From the IMG/VR virus record IMGVR_UViG_3300012165_000089: a stretch of DNA of 25,209 nt; one strand, written 5' to 3'. Position numbers and translations under genes: made by a program. The notes beneath the pieces are model-generated. The model searched no databases and had not been told where the DNA came from. It saw only the letters and a program-made list of their open reading frames with translations. Source of the stretch: a virus. Its lineage: Duplodnaviria; Heunggongvirae; Uroviricota; Caudoviricetes. Below, one piece after another: positions 25,120 through 25,209 of the stretch. Numbering within the stretch: position 1 is the stretch's first letter; each line of letters begins with the position of its first letter.

Positions 25120-25209
25120 ATGGCTGTTCCGGAAGAAATTCGCAAAGTTCAAAGACCTAAAAATACAGTAGTGGACGATAATGGCAGGGAAGGTCCACTC
25201 CGTTACGCA
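25120..25209 (+). CDS. Probable transposase N-terminus (IS4/IS1634-like), 3'-partial
   Basis: MAVPEEIRKVQRPKNTVVDDNGREGPLRYA behind AAGGAGG; resembles, from memory, N-termini of gut-anaerobe DDE transposases; only 30 codons visible. Confidence 0.6.
   Translation, partial: MAVPEEIRKVQRPKNTVVDDNGREGPLRYA

Larger units (their letters stand above)
24891..25209 (+). mobile_element. Left end of a probable insertion sequence (DDE type), running off the window
   Basis: Abrupt switch to non-coding sequence rich in inverted repeats, then a promoter and a transposase-like ORF. Left boundary is approximate. Confidence 0.55.

Noticed and set aside
1-25209. CRISPR array, tRNA or rRNA
   Set aside because: No regularly spaced 23-47 bp direct repeats and no cloverleaf or rRNA signature seen by eye; the junction motif is too short and separates whole genes.

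Overview
AT-rich DNA from a large conjugative element (megaplasmid or large ICE) of a Gram-positive Firmicute, probably Lachnospiraceae-like (inferred from RBS and promoter style and from the LigA and SSB types). Left to right: (1) a Gram-positive T4SS block (VirB2-like pilin cut by the window edge, VirB6-like, PrgI, VirB4); (2) small genes, one behind a LexA box, then a full NAD-dependent DNA ligase; (3) a ~8 kb co-oriented array of small, mostly phage-like hypothetical genes with an O-antigen-ligase-family gene and a tail-less ssb, where most junctions carry the same 14-bp dyad TAAA-TTRAWK-TTTA in register with the stop codon; (4) hflK-hflC; (5) a gene with a stand-alone RNAP alpha-CTD-like domain; (6) a protein of five degenerate HNH-like repeats and a double-OB SSB, separated by a 339-bp protein-less IS200/IS605 (IscB-type) element that keeps an omega/HEARO RNA, whose precise excision would fuse the two ORFs in frame; (7) a SpaA/Cna-type surface protein, apparently truncated by an IS whose transposase starts at the right edge. 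A second motif, AATATCCGCA, precedes four operons, three of them at fixed spacing from the -10 box. No rRNA, tRNA or CRISPR array was seen. All family calls are from manual motif recognition; no database searches were run.
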